NCBI GenBank assembly: GCA_021432655.1
Contig: MU271444.1
Span: 1 to 64,000 of the forward strand
From: Atractiella rhizophila
Lineage: Eukaryota
Reading direction: 5' to 3'
Length of the DNA: 64,000 nt
Shown one piece after another: positions 12,140 to 25,607 of this stretch (position 1 is its first letter; every line of letters begins with the position of its first letter). Below the pieces are notes generated by a model, which was not told where the DNA came from, ran no database searches, and saw only the letters and a list, made by a program, of their open reading frames with translations. Both the position numbers and the translations under genes were made by a program.

Positions 12140-13786
12140 ATGGGAAAGCATGGACTGTCGGTTGGATTGATTGGGATGGGGGACATGGGGAGAATGTATG
12201 CGTCGCGACTACTTGCAGCAGACGAGTCTTCAATGTGCGCCAGTTACTACCTATTTTTGTATCTGAAGATTCCGAGATGACATTGTTTGGAGACCAGCAT
12301 AAACGTCTGTGACGTTCCGGAACGATATGAATCGTTGAAGAAGGAGTTTGAAAGTCAGTCGACGCCATCCTTTGCTTTCGGTTCTAAGTGAGGAAGCTCA
12401 TTCTGAGTCGATGAAGATTCAAAACTTAACGTATTGAAGACGGGACATCATGTTTCACGATCGAGCGATTTCATCATCTATTCGGTTCCTGCTGAGCACA
12501 TTGACAAGATCATTGCAGAGTATGGACCCTGTAAGCTGCATCATCTTTATGTTTAGGCTTAGCTGATAGGACTCGGTAGCTACCAAAATTGGCGCGATTG
12601 TAGCGGGACAAACATCGACGAAAGCTCCCGAGAAGGCGGCTTTCGACAAATACCTTCCTGAGGATGTGAGCATCGTCTCCATCCACTCTTTACATGGGCC
12701 CCAGGTTCCGCCAGATGGTCAACCTTTGGTTCGTCATTTCTCTCTCCCTCAGCTATCACTCATTGGCGAGATTGATCCGCTATAGGTCATAATCAAATAT
12801 CGAGCTGCAGATGAGCATGTGAAGATTGTTGAAGAGATTTTAGCGCCGCTGAAGAGTCGATACGTGTATTTGAGCTACGAAGAGCACGACCAAGTAACTG
12901 CGAACACGCAGGCCGTAACGCATGCAGCCTTCTTGAGGTGCGTCCACGGTCCCTTTGCAGTCCACGCAACCCGTCTCACCGAGATCCATTCTGTGCGGAT
13001 AAAAGCATGGGTACGGCGTGGAACAACATGAATCGTTTCCCTTGGGACACCGGAAGGTACACAAAAGGGATAGAGATAGCAAAAATCAACATTACGCTCC
13101 GCATCTATTCCTCGAAATGGCATGTCTACGCAGGTCTAGCGATCCTCAACCCGTCCGCAAAAGTGCAGATCGACTGTTTTGCCCACTGTGTATCCGACCT
13201 CTTCAAGCTCATGATCGAGGAACGGGAAGGGGACCTACGGAAACGAATGTATGACGCGAGGGATGGGGTTTTTGGGAGGCCAGGGGACGAATCAGGGGGT
13301 AAAAATCGATCTCCGATCCTGCTGAGCGACGAGGTGTTGAATCAGTTCTCGATCGGCGAGCCTCCGAATGAATCCACTCCTCAACCGCCACCCAACTCAC
13401 ATCTCGCCCTCCTTGCCATGGTCGACTGTTGGCACACTCTGAAAATCAACCCCTACCACCACCTTGCGATCGCGGCTACGCCTCTGTTTCGTGTTTGGAT
13501 CGGAGTGGCCGAATACCTCTTCAGGGATCAAGACAGATTGAACGCAGCCATACAGGCCGCGTTGTGGGACAAGAGCCACAGGAGCGATGATGCCGAGTTT
13601 ATGTTGGCTGCGAGAGGATGGAGCCAGTGTGTGTCCTATGGGGATTTTAAGTGGTACAAACATCGGTTCGAAGAGACGGCAAGGTTCTTTGAGCCTCGCT
13701 TTGAGGAGGGGAAGAAGGTGGCTGCTAAATTGCTGCAGGTCATTATGGATCAGGAGAAGGAGAGATCAGCAGCTCGAGAAAACTGA
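12140..13786 (+). CDS. TYR1: Prephenate dehydrogenase (NADP+)
   Basis: VGLIGMGDMGRMYA Rossmann motif, GQTSTKAPE, IHSLHGP, HDQVTANTQAVTHAAFLSMG and LRIYSSKWHVYAGLAILNP. Confidence 0.95.
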
Positions 13787-13802
13787 GCGCGAGATGTTGT
13801 TG

Positions 13803-15176
13803 TTATGAACGGTAATCGGCATTGATGCTTATGTATTCCTGTATCCACATACCATGTCAGTCGTGTGCCGTTCACAGTTGACACTCAAGGGAAGGTGCAC
13901 GCACATGAGTTAAATCGCAAGTCCAATAGCACCCAGACTGAGACCCTACACCCATATCGACCCTGATCTCCACTTCCTCCTCCTCCAACAAAAGCTTTGC
14001 CTCCTCCTCGCTCCAATCCGTCGGCTGTCCCTTCCGCAACATCTCCACGCGTCTCCTCCCTCCCCCTTCGACGCCCGACACGAGAGAGACAGAGATTCTG
14101 TCGATGTCCGGAGTGGTCCCTGTGCGAGAGTTCCCGACTGCACAGAGGATGCGTCCCCAGTTAGCGTCACGTCCATAAATTGCAGTTTTGACGAGTGGGG
14201 AGATGGCGATCGCTTTAGCTATTGCGTGAGCTTCTTCGGCTGAGTTCCAATTCTATGGACGCAGGACCTCAGTGTCTGTCACTCTCTCGGTGGAGGGAAG
14301 GAGGGATGTACAGACCTCGACTGAGACCTTGATTAGTTTGGTAGCACCTTCCCCATCGCGCACCACTAACTTTGCCATCTCCAGCATTATCTCCTCCAAG
14401 TTGTTCCGGAAAAGAAGCTCGTCCTCGCTCCCCTCTCTGAAGGCAGCTCCACCAGAAGCCCCATTGGCGAGGAGGAGGATGGAGTCGTTAGTGGACGTGT
14501 CGCCATCCACGGATATGTTATTGAACGATCCCCTGATGCCTCCATCCAAGACCTGTCGAAGGAGAGAGGAAGGCACGGGAGCGTCAGTGAGGAAGACTCC
14601 GAGCAGGGTTGCGTGGAGTTGTTTTTTGTTGACAGAAGCAGAAGAAAGACCAGAGGTGACGAGGGATGGATGCATCATCCCTGCTCCTTTCACAATCCCC
14701 AACACGCTCCGCTTCTTCCCATCGGACGAGGTCCAGGATCGACTCCGAAGTTTCGGGAAGGTGTCGGTGGTCATGAAAGCCTTTGAAGCGTTGGTCCAAG
14801 CGTCGAAATCGTTTCTGAGATTGTCGAAAAGGACCGGGATGGATCCTACCACCCTATCGATGGGCAATCGCTGACCTATCACTCCGGTAGACATCACCAA
14901 GCTCCCCATCCCATCCAGTCGTCCATGTTGAAACTGAGGTTCATCAGAGTGACAGGACGAAGAAAAGATCAGCATTGCATGAACGTTGGTGAGGAGTCAC
15001 CTACCTGAGGTTCATCAGAGTGACAGGAAGCCAACTGGCACATGAAGAGGTGTGGTTGGGGCAAGGGTGAAGCGTTCGATCTTGGAGGAGTTGGACCCGT
15101 TAGACAAGAGCGTGGATGTCGTGCTGAAAAACCGAACAGCAGCTGGACGACGTAACAGACGGCTGACGGCAGGCAT
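13803..15176 (-). pseudogene. ARG7: Mitochondrial ornithine acetyltransferase ArgJ/Arg7, disrupted as assembled
   Basis: The C-terminal two-thirds is intact (MSTGVIGQ, FMTTDTFPK, KGAGMMHP, HATLLG, SFNNISVDGDTSTND, VRDGEGATK, DANWGRI, YWTCDLTHEYISINADYRS). The N-terminal presequence MPAVSRLLRR...VPVGF hits TGA TGA after 53 codons, and the GVK..DL/AAPV/NSGCANA region is absent. Confidence 0.8.
14934..15028. repeat. Exact 24-bp direct repeat with 71-bp period
   Basis: ctgaggttcatcagagtgacagga occurs at 14934-14957 and 15005-15028. Confidence 0.95.
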
Positions 15177-15683
15177 GTTGATTGACACGCTGGCGTGCTG
15201 AGAAAATATTCCTTTTCTATTTTTCTGTAAACTTCTATTTCAAATTCAAGACTCGATCGATATTGTGAGAAAGTAGGGCACGTGACCCTTTCTCTGTTAT
15301 TTCGCTGTGCTGTGAACAAAAGTTTAGACGTAGCCCATTAAACATTTGCTATGTTGTCTGAGCGCTACCTAATTTACTGTGATGCTGGGTCGATCTCAGG
15401 TTGGACTGTAACGGAAGACAGACAATAGGGTTCTTCCCGCCATTCCTCTGCTTGCGGTTCTATTACCGTCTTCTTCCTGTGAGTGTCTCGTCGCGCAGAA
15501 AACTTGCTAAGTAAAGCTTACATATCACTCTAAACAAGTGTTGGTGCGAACAAAACACCATACGCAACGACGATGGAGCGCCACCGCCGTGACAAGGAGT
15601 ATAAAAAGCGGGAGGATTGTTCACGCTCCATCATCTATTAACGATTCAATCTTCGCAGCGTCCAAAGAACAAAAGAAAACAGG

Positions 15684-16898
15684 ATGACCTCTTCCTCACG
15701 CCTCATAGCGATCGTAGGCATCACTGGCTCACAAGGTGGCTCTGTCTTTCGCGCCTTACAGGAGTCCTCGCTCCCGTACAGATTCAGAGGTTTCACGCGA
15801 GATACGACCAAACCCTCTAGCCAAGCACTGAGCAAACAGGGTGTGGAGATGGTACAGTTGGATATTGTGCCTGGGAAGGAGAAGGAGGTGACAGAGGCCT
15901 TTCGCGGTGCAGACGTTGTCTTTGTGAGCTTTTTCCACCTCCTATCTTGTTCAGGTGAAAGTGCTTGCTGACAATATGGATGGAGTAGGGGATGACAAAT
16001 TTCTGGGACGGTTTCTCATTGGAGAAGGTGAGTTCTCTCGCTTCCAATATCACACAGACTAAATTTGACGATTGAACTCCAGGAAATCGCACAAGGAAAG
16101 CTTATGGTAGACTCCGCCATCTCAGCCGGTGTCTCGCTCTTCATCTTCTCCGGACTCGAATCCCCAACGAAAGTGAGCGGAGGAAAGTATTCCAACAACC
16201 TCCCTCTAGAAGGGAAAGCGGCCGTCGCCGAATACGCGCTCTCCAAAGCCAAAACTTCGCCTTCTTTCAAGGTGAAGATCGTCCAGCCAGGAATTTACGC
16301 ACAGAACTTTCTGGGAGGAAGATTTAACCTCAAACTGGATAAAGACACCGGCAAGATGGTTTTGACCACTGACGCGGCCGAGGAAATGGTCATGCCCATC
16401 CTTGATGTGGAAGACTATGGACTTTGGGTCAGGGCTGCGATCGAGGAAGAAGAAGCGTATCCGAGCGGGAGCTCGTTGTACACTTTCGGAGAGCAGATCG
16501 CTATAGGGGTAATGTTGAAACAATTCGGCGCATGTGCGTCTATCCCTCTTATTACATTTCTTATTACATTATAAATCAATGAATGCTCGACAGTGCTGGG
16601 ATACGAAACCGTCTTCAACCACGTAGACCCGAAAGTCGCACCATGGTACAACTTCTTTCCGGCTCACGTCCAGCCTTCTCTAAGAGAAAGGTTCGCCCAA
16701 GTCGCAGAATTCGGTTGTACGTCTCCTTCTTCTTCTTTCCCTCAAGTCGATCGTATTCTTGACAACGTTCGGTTCCTTCTAGACTTTGGGAAGTGTGATA
16801 CGTCTCGCTCACACGATCATCTGGCTAGGAAACCTCTGACTTGGAGGCAATATGTCGAGAAACACAAAGCGACATTTGACGCCTTGATCAAGAAATAG
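15684..16898 (+). CDS. NmrA-like (HSCARG) atypical SDR protein
   Basis: IAIVGITGSQGGSV, RGFTRD, ADVVFGMTNFW, QGKLMVDSA and FIFSGL. Confidence 0.9.
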
Positions 16899-17586
16899 CC
16901 AAACTCCCTGTTAAGTTCCGTTAGGAATGTTCGTCTGAATTTGTAATGCATATGAATGAAATTAGGAAGTGGTGACATTAGCCGATAAGGCGTCTCGTTT
17001 ACTGCAGAACATAGCATTTCTGAGACAATGACTAACTGCATAGGAAGGGTCATGTAAAGGTTAGACGGTTTTATGTACTATTGATTGACGCGCTCCACTC
17101 TCTATACAGACTACACACGCTCCTTTATGCTGGCACAAGCATAAGCAAGACTTATCTCATACTGACATACTAAAGGATAGGAAAGGTGGATAAGGCAAGA
17201 TAGGATAACGGAGAATGTTGGCGGGAGTATAGGATGGGGGAGAAGAAAGCAAAGTAAGGGATGGTAATACAACAACAGCCTCAATGTATACGAAGAAAGA
17301 ATCCCTCTTTCACACCTTCGACCTTCCAAACCATTGCACTGCTCCTCCTCCACTTCTAACCGCACAAAGGGAAAGAAGCAAAGAATGGACGACAGAAACA
17401 AGAGGAGGAGAGTCGAAAGCTATACCTTATGTGGCTTGAGAAAAGGACTGACAGAAATATGTTGGCAAGGAAAGGAATGAGTGGACCAAGAAGAAAGTGA
17501 CGGTGGACGAAAGTCGAAGGTTATCCCGGTGGCCAGCGAGAGGAAGAAGGATCGTACCGCAGGGAGCGTTTCGTTGATCGTCGGAT

Positions 17587-18176
17587 TCACTGACAGAGTT
17601 CCATCCCCTTCTCCAGTGCCCCACGCTCCATTGCCAGCATCTGCTTGTCGATCGAGAGCGAGAAACCGGGGGAGTGGAATCCGCCGGAAGAGAGATGCTG
17701 ATGCTGGAGTTGTTGAGGTTGAGGAGAAGAAGGGACGGAAGTCGGGTTCAATACTTTTTGCAACACTTCGTCCGCCTCCAACATCTTCATCCCTCCGATC
17801 AAAACCACCTCTTCTCCTTCATGCCCTTCGTTCACGATTGGTTCTCCGTCGCATCCTCCTTCGTCGTCCGAATCTTCCAGGTCCGATCTCTTCCTCTTCA
17901 TTCCACAAATCGCTCGTTTGTTGGACGGCAAAGTGGATTCGTCGGAGGAGGCGGAGGAGGAGGAGGATATGGATTGGAGGGAGGAGCGCTTTTCGAGGAG
18001 GATGAGTCGTTCCTGAGAGGCGAAGAAGGAGGATAGAGCAAGGAGTTCGGACGGAGGTAGAAGAGAGGAGGTCTGACAGGCAGGAGCAAGCAAGGGATCG
18101 AAATTAGTGAAACTGCGTTGTGAAGTCAACAAGGGATGGGTGGGCTCACGATGCTGGTCGTCAAAGGAGGAGACAT
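17587..18176 (-). CDS. Hypothetical low-complexity protein with a basic KRKR motif
   Basis: ATG 18176, short first exon, then a GTGAGC...CTAAT...CAG intron in frame with ORF 17587..18132. No recognisable domain. Confidence 0.5.
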
Positions 18177-18784
18177 CCTTTTTCTTTTCTTTTCGCTTTG
18201 AATTTGAACTACTATAGAGAAGAGAATGGCAGCCTAGCTAGCTAGCTCGATCGTCAAACGAGTGCCTGGTGATGTGCAAGTTGTTTGACTTTGGCAGTCA
18301 ACTCGAAAGTCGTCCAGCGGGGAAATCTCAGTGAAGAGATGAACTTCTTTGGCCAGAGAGAGGATAAAGGTGGTTTAAAACGGTGTAATAGGGTCGTAGC
18401 GAGCGGAACGTAGACGAGAGGTGGGAAGTGCGTCGAGGTATTATTGAGTAAGAATTTCGACCAGAAAGACGGCGAGCTGACTTGTCGGTCCGGCCCACCC
18501 AAACTTTCACGATATCGGCCTGACCTGAGAGCTTGGTTTGGCGTGTTGGAGTGAGCGTGAGTGGAAGGGTCCCCCCCAATCGTTGGGAGCTTTTGAGGCG
18601 AACTTGACTTGACTTGGTCGTTTTGCTGTGATGCTCCCGAAGCGACGAACAACGACACCTTGTTCGGCTGCGCACACACGGACGCAGACACACCCAGCGT
18701 TTTCAGCCTGTGCTTTGTCCTGATTAGCCAATCTTGCATCTTAGCCAGGAGTCCGACCATCACACTTGTGCAGACTCTCCCAGC

Positions 18785-21151
18785 ATGCAGGCACCAACGA
18801 TTGCCCCGTCGACGTCAGCGCCAGAGCGTCCCATGAATGCGCCATCAGCGTCTCAGTCCACCTCCGCCAGCTCCGCATGCACCACCCCTTCCGCGTCCAC
18901 TTCCGGCCACTCCAGACCAACACTCTACAATCGCCAGCGGGGCTTCTCAGAACTAGTCTTTCCGCGCCCCGAACTCCCCATCACGACCTCCAACATCTTA
19001 TCGAGCGAGAGGGAAGGCCAGAAAACGGTCAGGCTGCTCCTGGGTGGCAATTTCAAAGGTGGGAGCAAGGAGAGTGCGGAGAGCGGGTGTGGGAATGAGA
19101 AGTGGAGAATGGAACAGGTGAAGGAGGATGAAGATGTCGGTGGATCGAGATCGAGGGATGGACCCGAACTCCTCGTTTGGGGATTCGAGCTCCGTGAGTG
19201 CCAGCCTTTCTTGTTTGGGGCAGGCAAGCTTGTTCTTGCCCAATCAGTCGCTTCGGCTTTGTTGTGCCGATTTCATGCCCTCTTTTCTTCAACATCGAGT
19301 CGCATGGAGGGTTTGATGATGCTGTATTCTCTAATTGTCTATTGAAGGCATTAATGTCCTTCACTTACTTCCCTCGGTTAGCCCTACCTCCTCTATTTCG
19401 TTCGAGATCCATTCATTGCCTGAACATCCTACGCATCGCGTATGACCATCCTTTTTTGATTGAGGCTGCTGTCGATACATCAACCCAGTGACAGTTATTA
19501 TTCTCGATTCCGTTTCGGTCGCTGGTATTGTCCATCACTAGTCCAGTCGCATAAACGTCTCACTTTGTGGGCGGCACTTTTCAGAAAGAATTGCCTATTG
19601 CCAGTGGAAAGTGACCAGCCACGTTGTTTCACTTGTTGGTCAGGTCTGCCATTCCACCAATCAGAAGGAACACCTTTTAGATGTGGTCGGTAATTAGCAA
19701 CAACCCTCGCACACCATTGGCTCGTCTACGCCGCCATCTCTAGATAGAGAAATTTCTGGGATTGATCAGGAATCTGTACTTCCCTTCTGGCCAGCATCCC
19801 AAATAGTTATCTTTAGCATGACAGCTCCAGTTTCATTATTCATGTCACCTTCTCGCCCTGTTACTCCTCAGAGGATCTGTTCCAGTATCTGTTCACTGTG
19901 ATTAAGTACCAGTTAAGGAGCGACGGGCACCCAAGTGCTTAGTTGGGCTCGTTATAGCTGTCGTCCTAACTAATTACCTCCTTCATACAACTTGCTGCCA
20001 TTGTCTCATCTCAACCATGGTCATTATGCTGAACCTCGAAACAGCTGCCTCTCAACAAATCCTCTCCCGCACACGACTGCTCTCCTTCAAGCTGCCCCTC
20101 CTTCCCGTCCTCATCATCCCACCGAGCGAGATGCACAAGAAGACCGGCGCAGCGGTCGATGCCCTCGAGTGCCAATTGAAAGCTGCAGGCGTTCGGTTCG
20201 TGAAATTCGACCAGGAGAGGATACCGGTTATGGAAGAAAGTAGGGATGTCACGGAAACGTTGGAGCAGATAGTGAAGGGCGAGGTTTGGGAAGAGAAGGT
20301 GGAGAGGGTTCGGAAGGAGGGTATTCGGCTTTGGAGCGAGTGGATGGAAGTGGATATGGCTGCTAGAGGAGTGTGGGACGATTTGGAGAGGGATGTGGAC
20401 GATGGTCGGTCTTTCTGTTCTTATTCCTTTCATCGTGACGCTGAGATGCCTTGGGGAAGGTGGCGTTGCTTCTTTCCACGTTAGTCGACATGATCAAGAA
20501 CGCTGGTTGGACTTTTCGAGACGAGTGGCAGAACGTCGTACCGAGCTTTTGTTAACTGGTGATGACACCCTCACACAGTCCAGGACGTTAGGCTCGACTC
20601 AAGAGAACTGGCGAGAAGTCGTCGAACGATGGAGACGAGCTGGTGGGCCTGCCCATCCCAAATCAGAAGAAGACAACTGGTCAAGTCAAGAAGAAGGCGT
20701 CGTCTCCGACCTGTCCTCTCTCACTCTAGACGAGGAGTCTGAAAAAGACAAGGAGCTGGCCTACCTCGAAGACCTCTACCTTGACCCTTTCCATTTTCCA
20801 TCCCTCCTGCGTCTAGGTCTCAATATCTTCACTTCCATGCTACGAAGTTGGCGTTTCACAATGTTCGGTCGTCGTCCCCATACTCTATCACCCGACATTC
20901 GTTCCACGGTCCAATCACTCCAATCCACCATAACGATGACTAAAGACGACGAGAAATCCTACCTTGAGCCTCACGAATCGCAATCGGATCAAAGTACATG
21001 CGAGGATAGGCCGGCCATAAGGAAGATTTCTTTGACTGGCGCTTTTCTTGCTTGCGCAGCTGCTTATGCCATCGGATGGCTGGTCGGTAGTGGTAGTTTG
21101 GAGCGTATGGTTAGTGCCTGCATCGGATCTAGAACTTGTCATGGCACTTGA
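18785..21151 (+). CDS. Hypothetical multi-exon protein with C-terminal TM segment (tail-anchored-like)
   Basis: ORFs 18734.., 20017.. and 20393.. plus small candidate exons between 19340 and 19900. Has a DPFHFPSL motif and a terminal hydrophobic helix (ISLTGAFLACAAAYAIGWLVG). Exon structure uncertain. Confidence 0.5.
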
Positions 21152-21496
21152 ACTCGATTTTCTTCACGAATTGCAAATTGTACGAACGTAAGTCGCTGTT
21201 GCTCGCTTCGGTTGTAAAGGGTTATGCGATTGTTGTATTCATCCTTGTAATTTTATCACTGACAATGCAGGATCCGTCCATGTCCATAGGAGTATCGCAG
21301 ACCAACTGTTGGCACGGTTTCAGTAACTACCTAATTATATAGGAGCAAGTGATACTGAACACTACTAAACTGACTGCTAAAGTGTGGATGGAGATAAAAA
21401 GAAACTCAAGAACCTGAAATTGAGTAAGTTACACGGAAGAAAAGGCCCAAAATGAGAGTTTATGATGCAAAAAGAATAAGGAATATGCAAGAAGAG

Positions 21497-24387
21497 TTAT
21501 GTTAGCGAAGAAGAAGAAGCTCGGATGATCTCGTGTCTTCGAAGCTCGTGCTTCCTTTCTTCCACCTGCTGCCAGAACTGATATCGCGGTCTATTGTACC
21601 AAATATCCTTCTCTCTTCCTTTCATGTTAGGTCCCATTTCCTCACTGGAACCGTGAAGATGGAAAGGACTAAGTTCCTTAGGAAAGCTTCCTTCGTGACG
21701 GTGATTGGTCACTTCTTTCTCGTGAACGTCTTTCAGGAGGGCGAGGAACTCGATGGCAGAACGCTGGAACTGGAAAGTAGCGAGAATAGGGTCGAGCTGT
21801 GCCGTCCATGCTCGTTAGCTAGAACGGAAAGAGGGAGAGAAGGGGCAAAGTACATGACGCTCGACTAGATCCCAAACGTCGTCAGGCTCCGGACGAGGAG
21901 GTTCTTCATCTTCCTCCCACGCCACCGCAGGGTCCATTGTCTTCTGAAGAGCTACCAAACTGGCGTCTCCATCAACAGTCTCCATATCGTCTGCAGGGTC
22001 TGGTATCTCAGCACTGACACCAAGCCACCACTCCCAGAGGTCCAGCCGCTGACGATCAATTTGTGTCCTGATTGTTTGCGTACTCAGCACCAGTGTAACA
22101 GGGAAGAAATGCAGACCGACGCTTTGATGATCCTACTGAATCTTTGAAAGTTGAAGAATGCCACATTGTCCCTCATGACATTCTCCAAGTTCCCATGCAC
22201 GTCTCCACAATCGAAGTGTGAGGAATGAGCCTTGACATAAGACCAAGGTAGAAGAGGCGATCGAACATCGATGATACCTTCCCACCCCAGAAACTCCTTC
22301 TTCGCCTCCTCTTTCAGAGCAAGCTTGAAAACGGGGCTTCCGCTCTCGAACCTGCCATTGAACTCCTTGTCGCTTCTCTTCACCATCGGCTTGTACGTAG
22401 TCTGCGAACGAGGCGTCCTCTTATCCGAGAACTCGGGATTATAATGTTTCACTTCAGGCAGCAAACGCATGCGTCGAACCCAGAACCGTCGACGGACAAA
22501 AGACTTCCAAACATCTGGCTGTCCCTTCCATTTGCCCCATCGGAAGGTGACAGAATACTGCCAACCTCGCTCATCCACATTGTGGGACATGTTTACGTAG
22601 AATTTGTCGTCCAACCATTCCCATTGTGGACCAGGGAGTGCATATTTGTTTGGATCGTACATGGTATCCCTAAGATATTGGTATCACGACTGTTACAAGT
22701 TTGAGACGGGAGAGGACTTACTGATGAGTCTCATCTGTCCATCCGTGAGGATCCCATTGGAAAAGGATGTTGCGGCTGAAGTTTGGCTGACCGAATACGA
22801 AGAGGCTTTGGACGACCGACGCATTAGCATATTACTCGAACGCATGAGGCAGAGACCTCACCCTCTCTGATTCTCTATCAATGTCACATGCCGAATCGTA
22901 GGCTGCGCGTCATGAGCAGTAGGCAGTTTGGATAGAGCAGCGACGAGTTGATCGGTAATGAGGGTCTTCTCCTGCTCCGTCTTTTTCCTGGGGACAGAAA
23001 TGCTTTCTTTTCTCGCAGTCTTCTTCAAAGCAACCTTGATATCATGAAATGTCGATTTCCTGAGCGTGAGGTCGGCCGAGTAGCTCCCTTTTTTATGCCT
23101 TGATGATAAAGAATTTGTTTTACTGAGCCCTTGAGTGTTCATAGGTGGAGTACCACGCAGTGAATCGTGTCTGCTGTGACTATGGCTGTGAGTGTGCTCT
23201 CGATCGCGTTTCGGAAACGCAAAATCCTTCCCGATGAACTGGCTCAACCTGCTCTTCTTCTTCACATCTCCTTTCCTCCCCTCCGGATCCTCGATCACCA
23301 ACTCCGCTCCCTCGGTAGCCTCCTCCTCATTATCCTCTTCGTGCAAAAGCGTAGGAAGCTTCGTCCTCGGCGTCCTGAGGGTAGCATACCTCGGCGAATC
23401 TGTGCCATCTGCATGTCCCGCAGAACTATGACGGAGAGCGGCGGTGGCGGGTAAGGGAGAAGCAGCGAAAGAAACTTCCCCGCTACTTGTTCCGGCTTTG
23501 AGGAGGTCAGCGGAGAGAATGGGTTCGATCGTCAGTCGCGGAGTTTCTCGTGATATTCGACCAGGGAAGGAGGGCAGGACGGGACGAGGAGAGAGGTCGA
23601 GGAGGGAGACGGAGCTAGAAGAGGGTTGAGGGTCTGATGGGCTGCGGTGACGAACGAGCGGCCATTTGAATTCTGGGATGGGAGGACGAGGAGAGGGTGG
23701 TGCTGATGGCCGTTGGGCGGGAGAGGCGGAAGGAGAGGCGAGAGCGGATGCGGCAGAACGTGGGGAGGAGTCCTGAGGTGATAGTGGGGGGCCATGGTCA
23801 TCCGCTGAAGAGAAGGTGGATGCTATACGACTGAGGGAGAGTGAAGAAGCGCGAGGAGAAGCTACTTGAGATCCGTTTCTCGGTGATCCTCCTGGAGGGT
23901 AGAGGAAAGTGTTCTTCCGTCGAAAGGAGCCTTCCAAATCTTTCAAGTTCACGCTCCCTCCCGTCGAACTCTTCTTTAACCTCTTCACCTTTTCAGTGAT
24001 GGTCCCAAATTTGCTCTGCAGCTTATCCGTCATCTGCTTTCCAACGCCAACAGTGATCCCACCGTCCTCCTGTGACAAGTCGAAGAAGTCGTCCTTGACA
24101 TTATGTTGTTCAGGATCATAGCTTGTAAACTTGTCATCGTCAAGTACGCGATCTGGGCCTGTGGCTTTCAGAAATATACGAAGGTACAGTGGGACGGCAG
24201 GAGGGTTGAGCTTGGCGTCGACGTCGGCTTTGACAGACGGAGAGAGCGACAAAGTGTCCCATTCCTTTTCCGTCGAACGGTCGCCGCTGGGTATGGGACT
24301 CGATGCGCCGAACGTCCCCGGTGAGGAGGGCTGAGGAGACTGGGAGAGAGAAGGAGATTGAGAAGCTGGCGAGCCTGATGGCTCCAT
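21497..24387 (-). CDS. Dysferlin-domain protein, Spo73/Mug65-like, with long disordered N-terminus
   Basis: LIENQRG, YALPGPQWEW, VNMSHNVDERGWQYS and FVRRRFWVRRMR are DysF signatures; IDRQRL follows. Confidence 0.8.
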
Positions 24388-24664
24388 GAAGACTGTTCCT
24401 GGCAGAGAGTCAGCATTACGTCGCAATATAGTGTGAGAGAAACTCGCAACAGAAGGAGCGAGGATCGTTATGGGTAAAGTGATTGTTATGGCTTATTTAT
24501 GCGAAATTTATGGACACAAGAGTGGAGGAGACTGCAAAGCGAAAGATGTTGATGGTTTGAAGGAAGAGTCACGCAAGGAGTCTTGAACTTTAGTGACTGT
24601 GCAGAATAAACTCACAAGAGAACATTGGATTGGAACATTGCATAAAGTTTATGTGTGTTCGAAC

Positions 24665-25144
24665 GTTCAAGTAGGCTTCTGAGGCTTTCAAGTTGAGACC
24701 GGGACAAGGACAAAGACGAAGCTGGCGCGCAGAAACACTGCCGCCCTTCGGTGGTCATTGAGAAGCCTATGAGTCTGGATCAGGGCTCGGCCAAGACATG
24801 GCGTTCTGTGTAGCTCGCTGCCTCGCTCCAGTACTGCTCCCCGTCGTTACCATTCACAGACATGGAACAAATCCGTCCCTAAGGAAAGAGCCGGATAGAT
24901 ATCCAACCTCATTGTTTGTTACACCATCGTGCAACGACGCACTCCAGGTTTCCCCGGTCGTATGTTGCAGTTGCTCATAAAAGACCAATGATTTGTTCGA
25001 GCGTCAACTTGCTTCTTCCTGTGTTGCATTCGCTATCTCAATTGTAATGACGGCCAGCCCGATAATTCTCTTCACCACCTCCCCAGAGGCTGGGCAGTCC
25101 AATTTCTGCGTCTCCCTTATCCGACATTTGCTTCTTCACGCCAA

Positions 25145-25145
<1 letters not shown>
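24665..25145 (+). pseudogene. Truncated, diverged upstream duplicate of the glycosyltransferase promoter plus first 33 codons
   Basis: Aligns with about 25207-25706. ATG 25047 gives MTASPIILFTTSPEAGQSNFCVSLIRHLLLHAN versus MATRPTILFTTSPEAGQSNFCVSLIRHLLLHAN in the intact gene, then runs into poly(A). Confidence 0.85.

Positions 25146-25186
<41 letters not shown>
25146..25186 (+). repeat. A41 homopolymer at the duplication junction
   Basis: 41 consecutive A residues. Confidence 0.95.
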
Positions 25187-25189
<3 letters not shown>

Positions 25190-25607
25190 TCAAGGAATGT
25201 TGCATATTCAAATAGGCTCTGAGGCTTTCGAGTTGAGACCGAAGACGAGTTGGTGCGCAGAAAGACTCACCATCGCCATAACACACCTGGCGCCCTTCGG
25301 TGGTCATTGAGAAGCTTATGAGTCTGGAACAGCGCTCGGCCAAAACATGGCGTTCTGTGTAGCTCGTAGCTCGCTGCGTCCCTCCACTAGCTCGCTCCAC
25401 TCCTGCTGCCCGTCATTACAATTCATGGAACCAATTCGTCCCTGAGGAAAAGCCGCATAGATATCCAATCTCATTGTTCGTTACACCATCATGCAACGGC
25501 GTACTCTAGATTCCCTCGGTCGTATTTTCCAGTTGCTCGTATAAAATCAATGGCTGCCAGAGTGTCATCTTCTGTCTTGCCTTCGCTCCTTTCCATTTCG
25601 CACTTAC

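Noticed and set aside
25146..25186. Poly(A) tract as the tail of a LINE/SINE or processed retrocopy
   Set aside because: The upstream sequence includes the gene's promoter, no target-site duplication is visible, and there is no RT ORF in the window.
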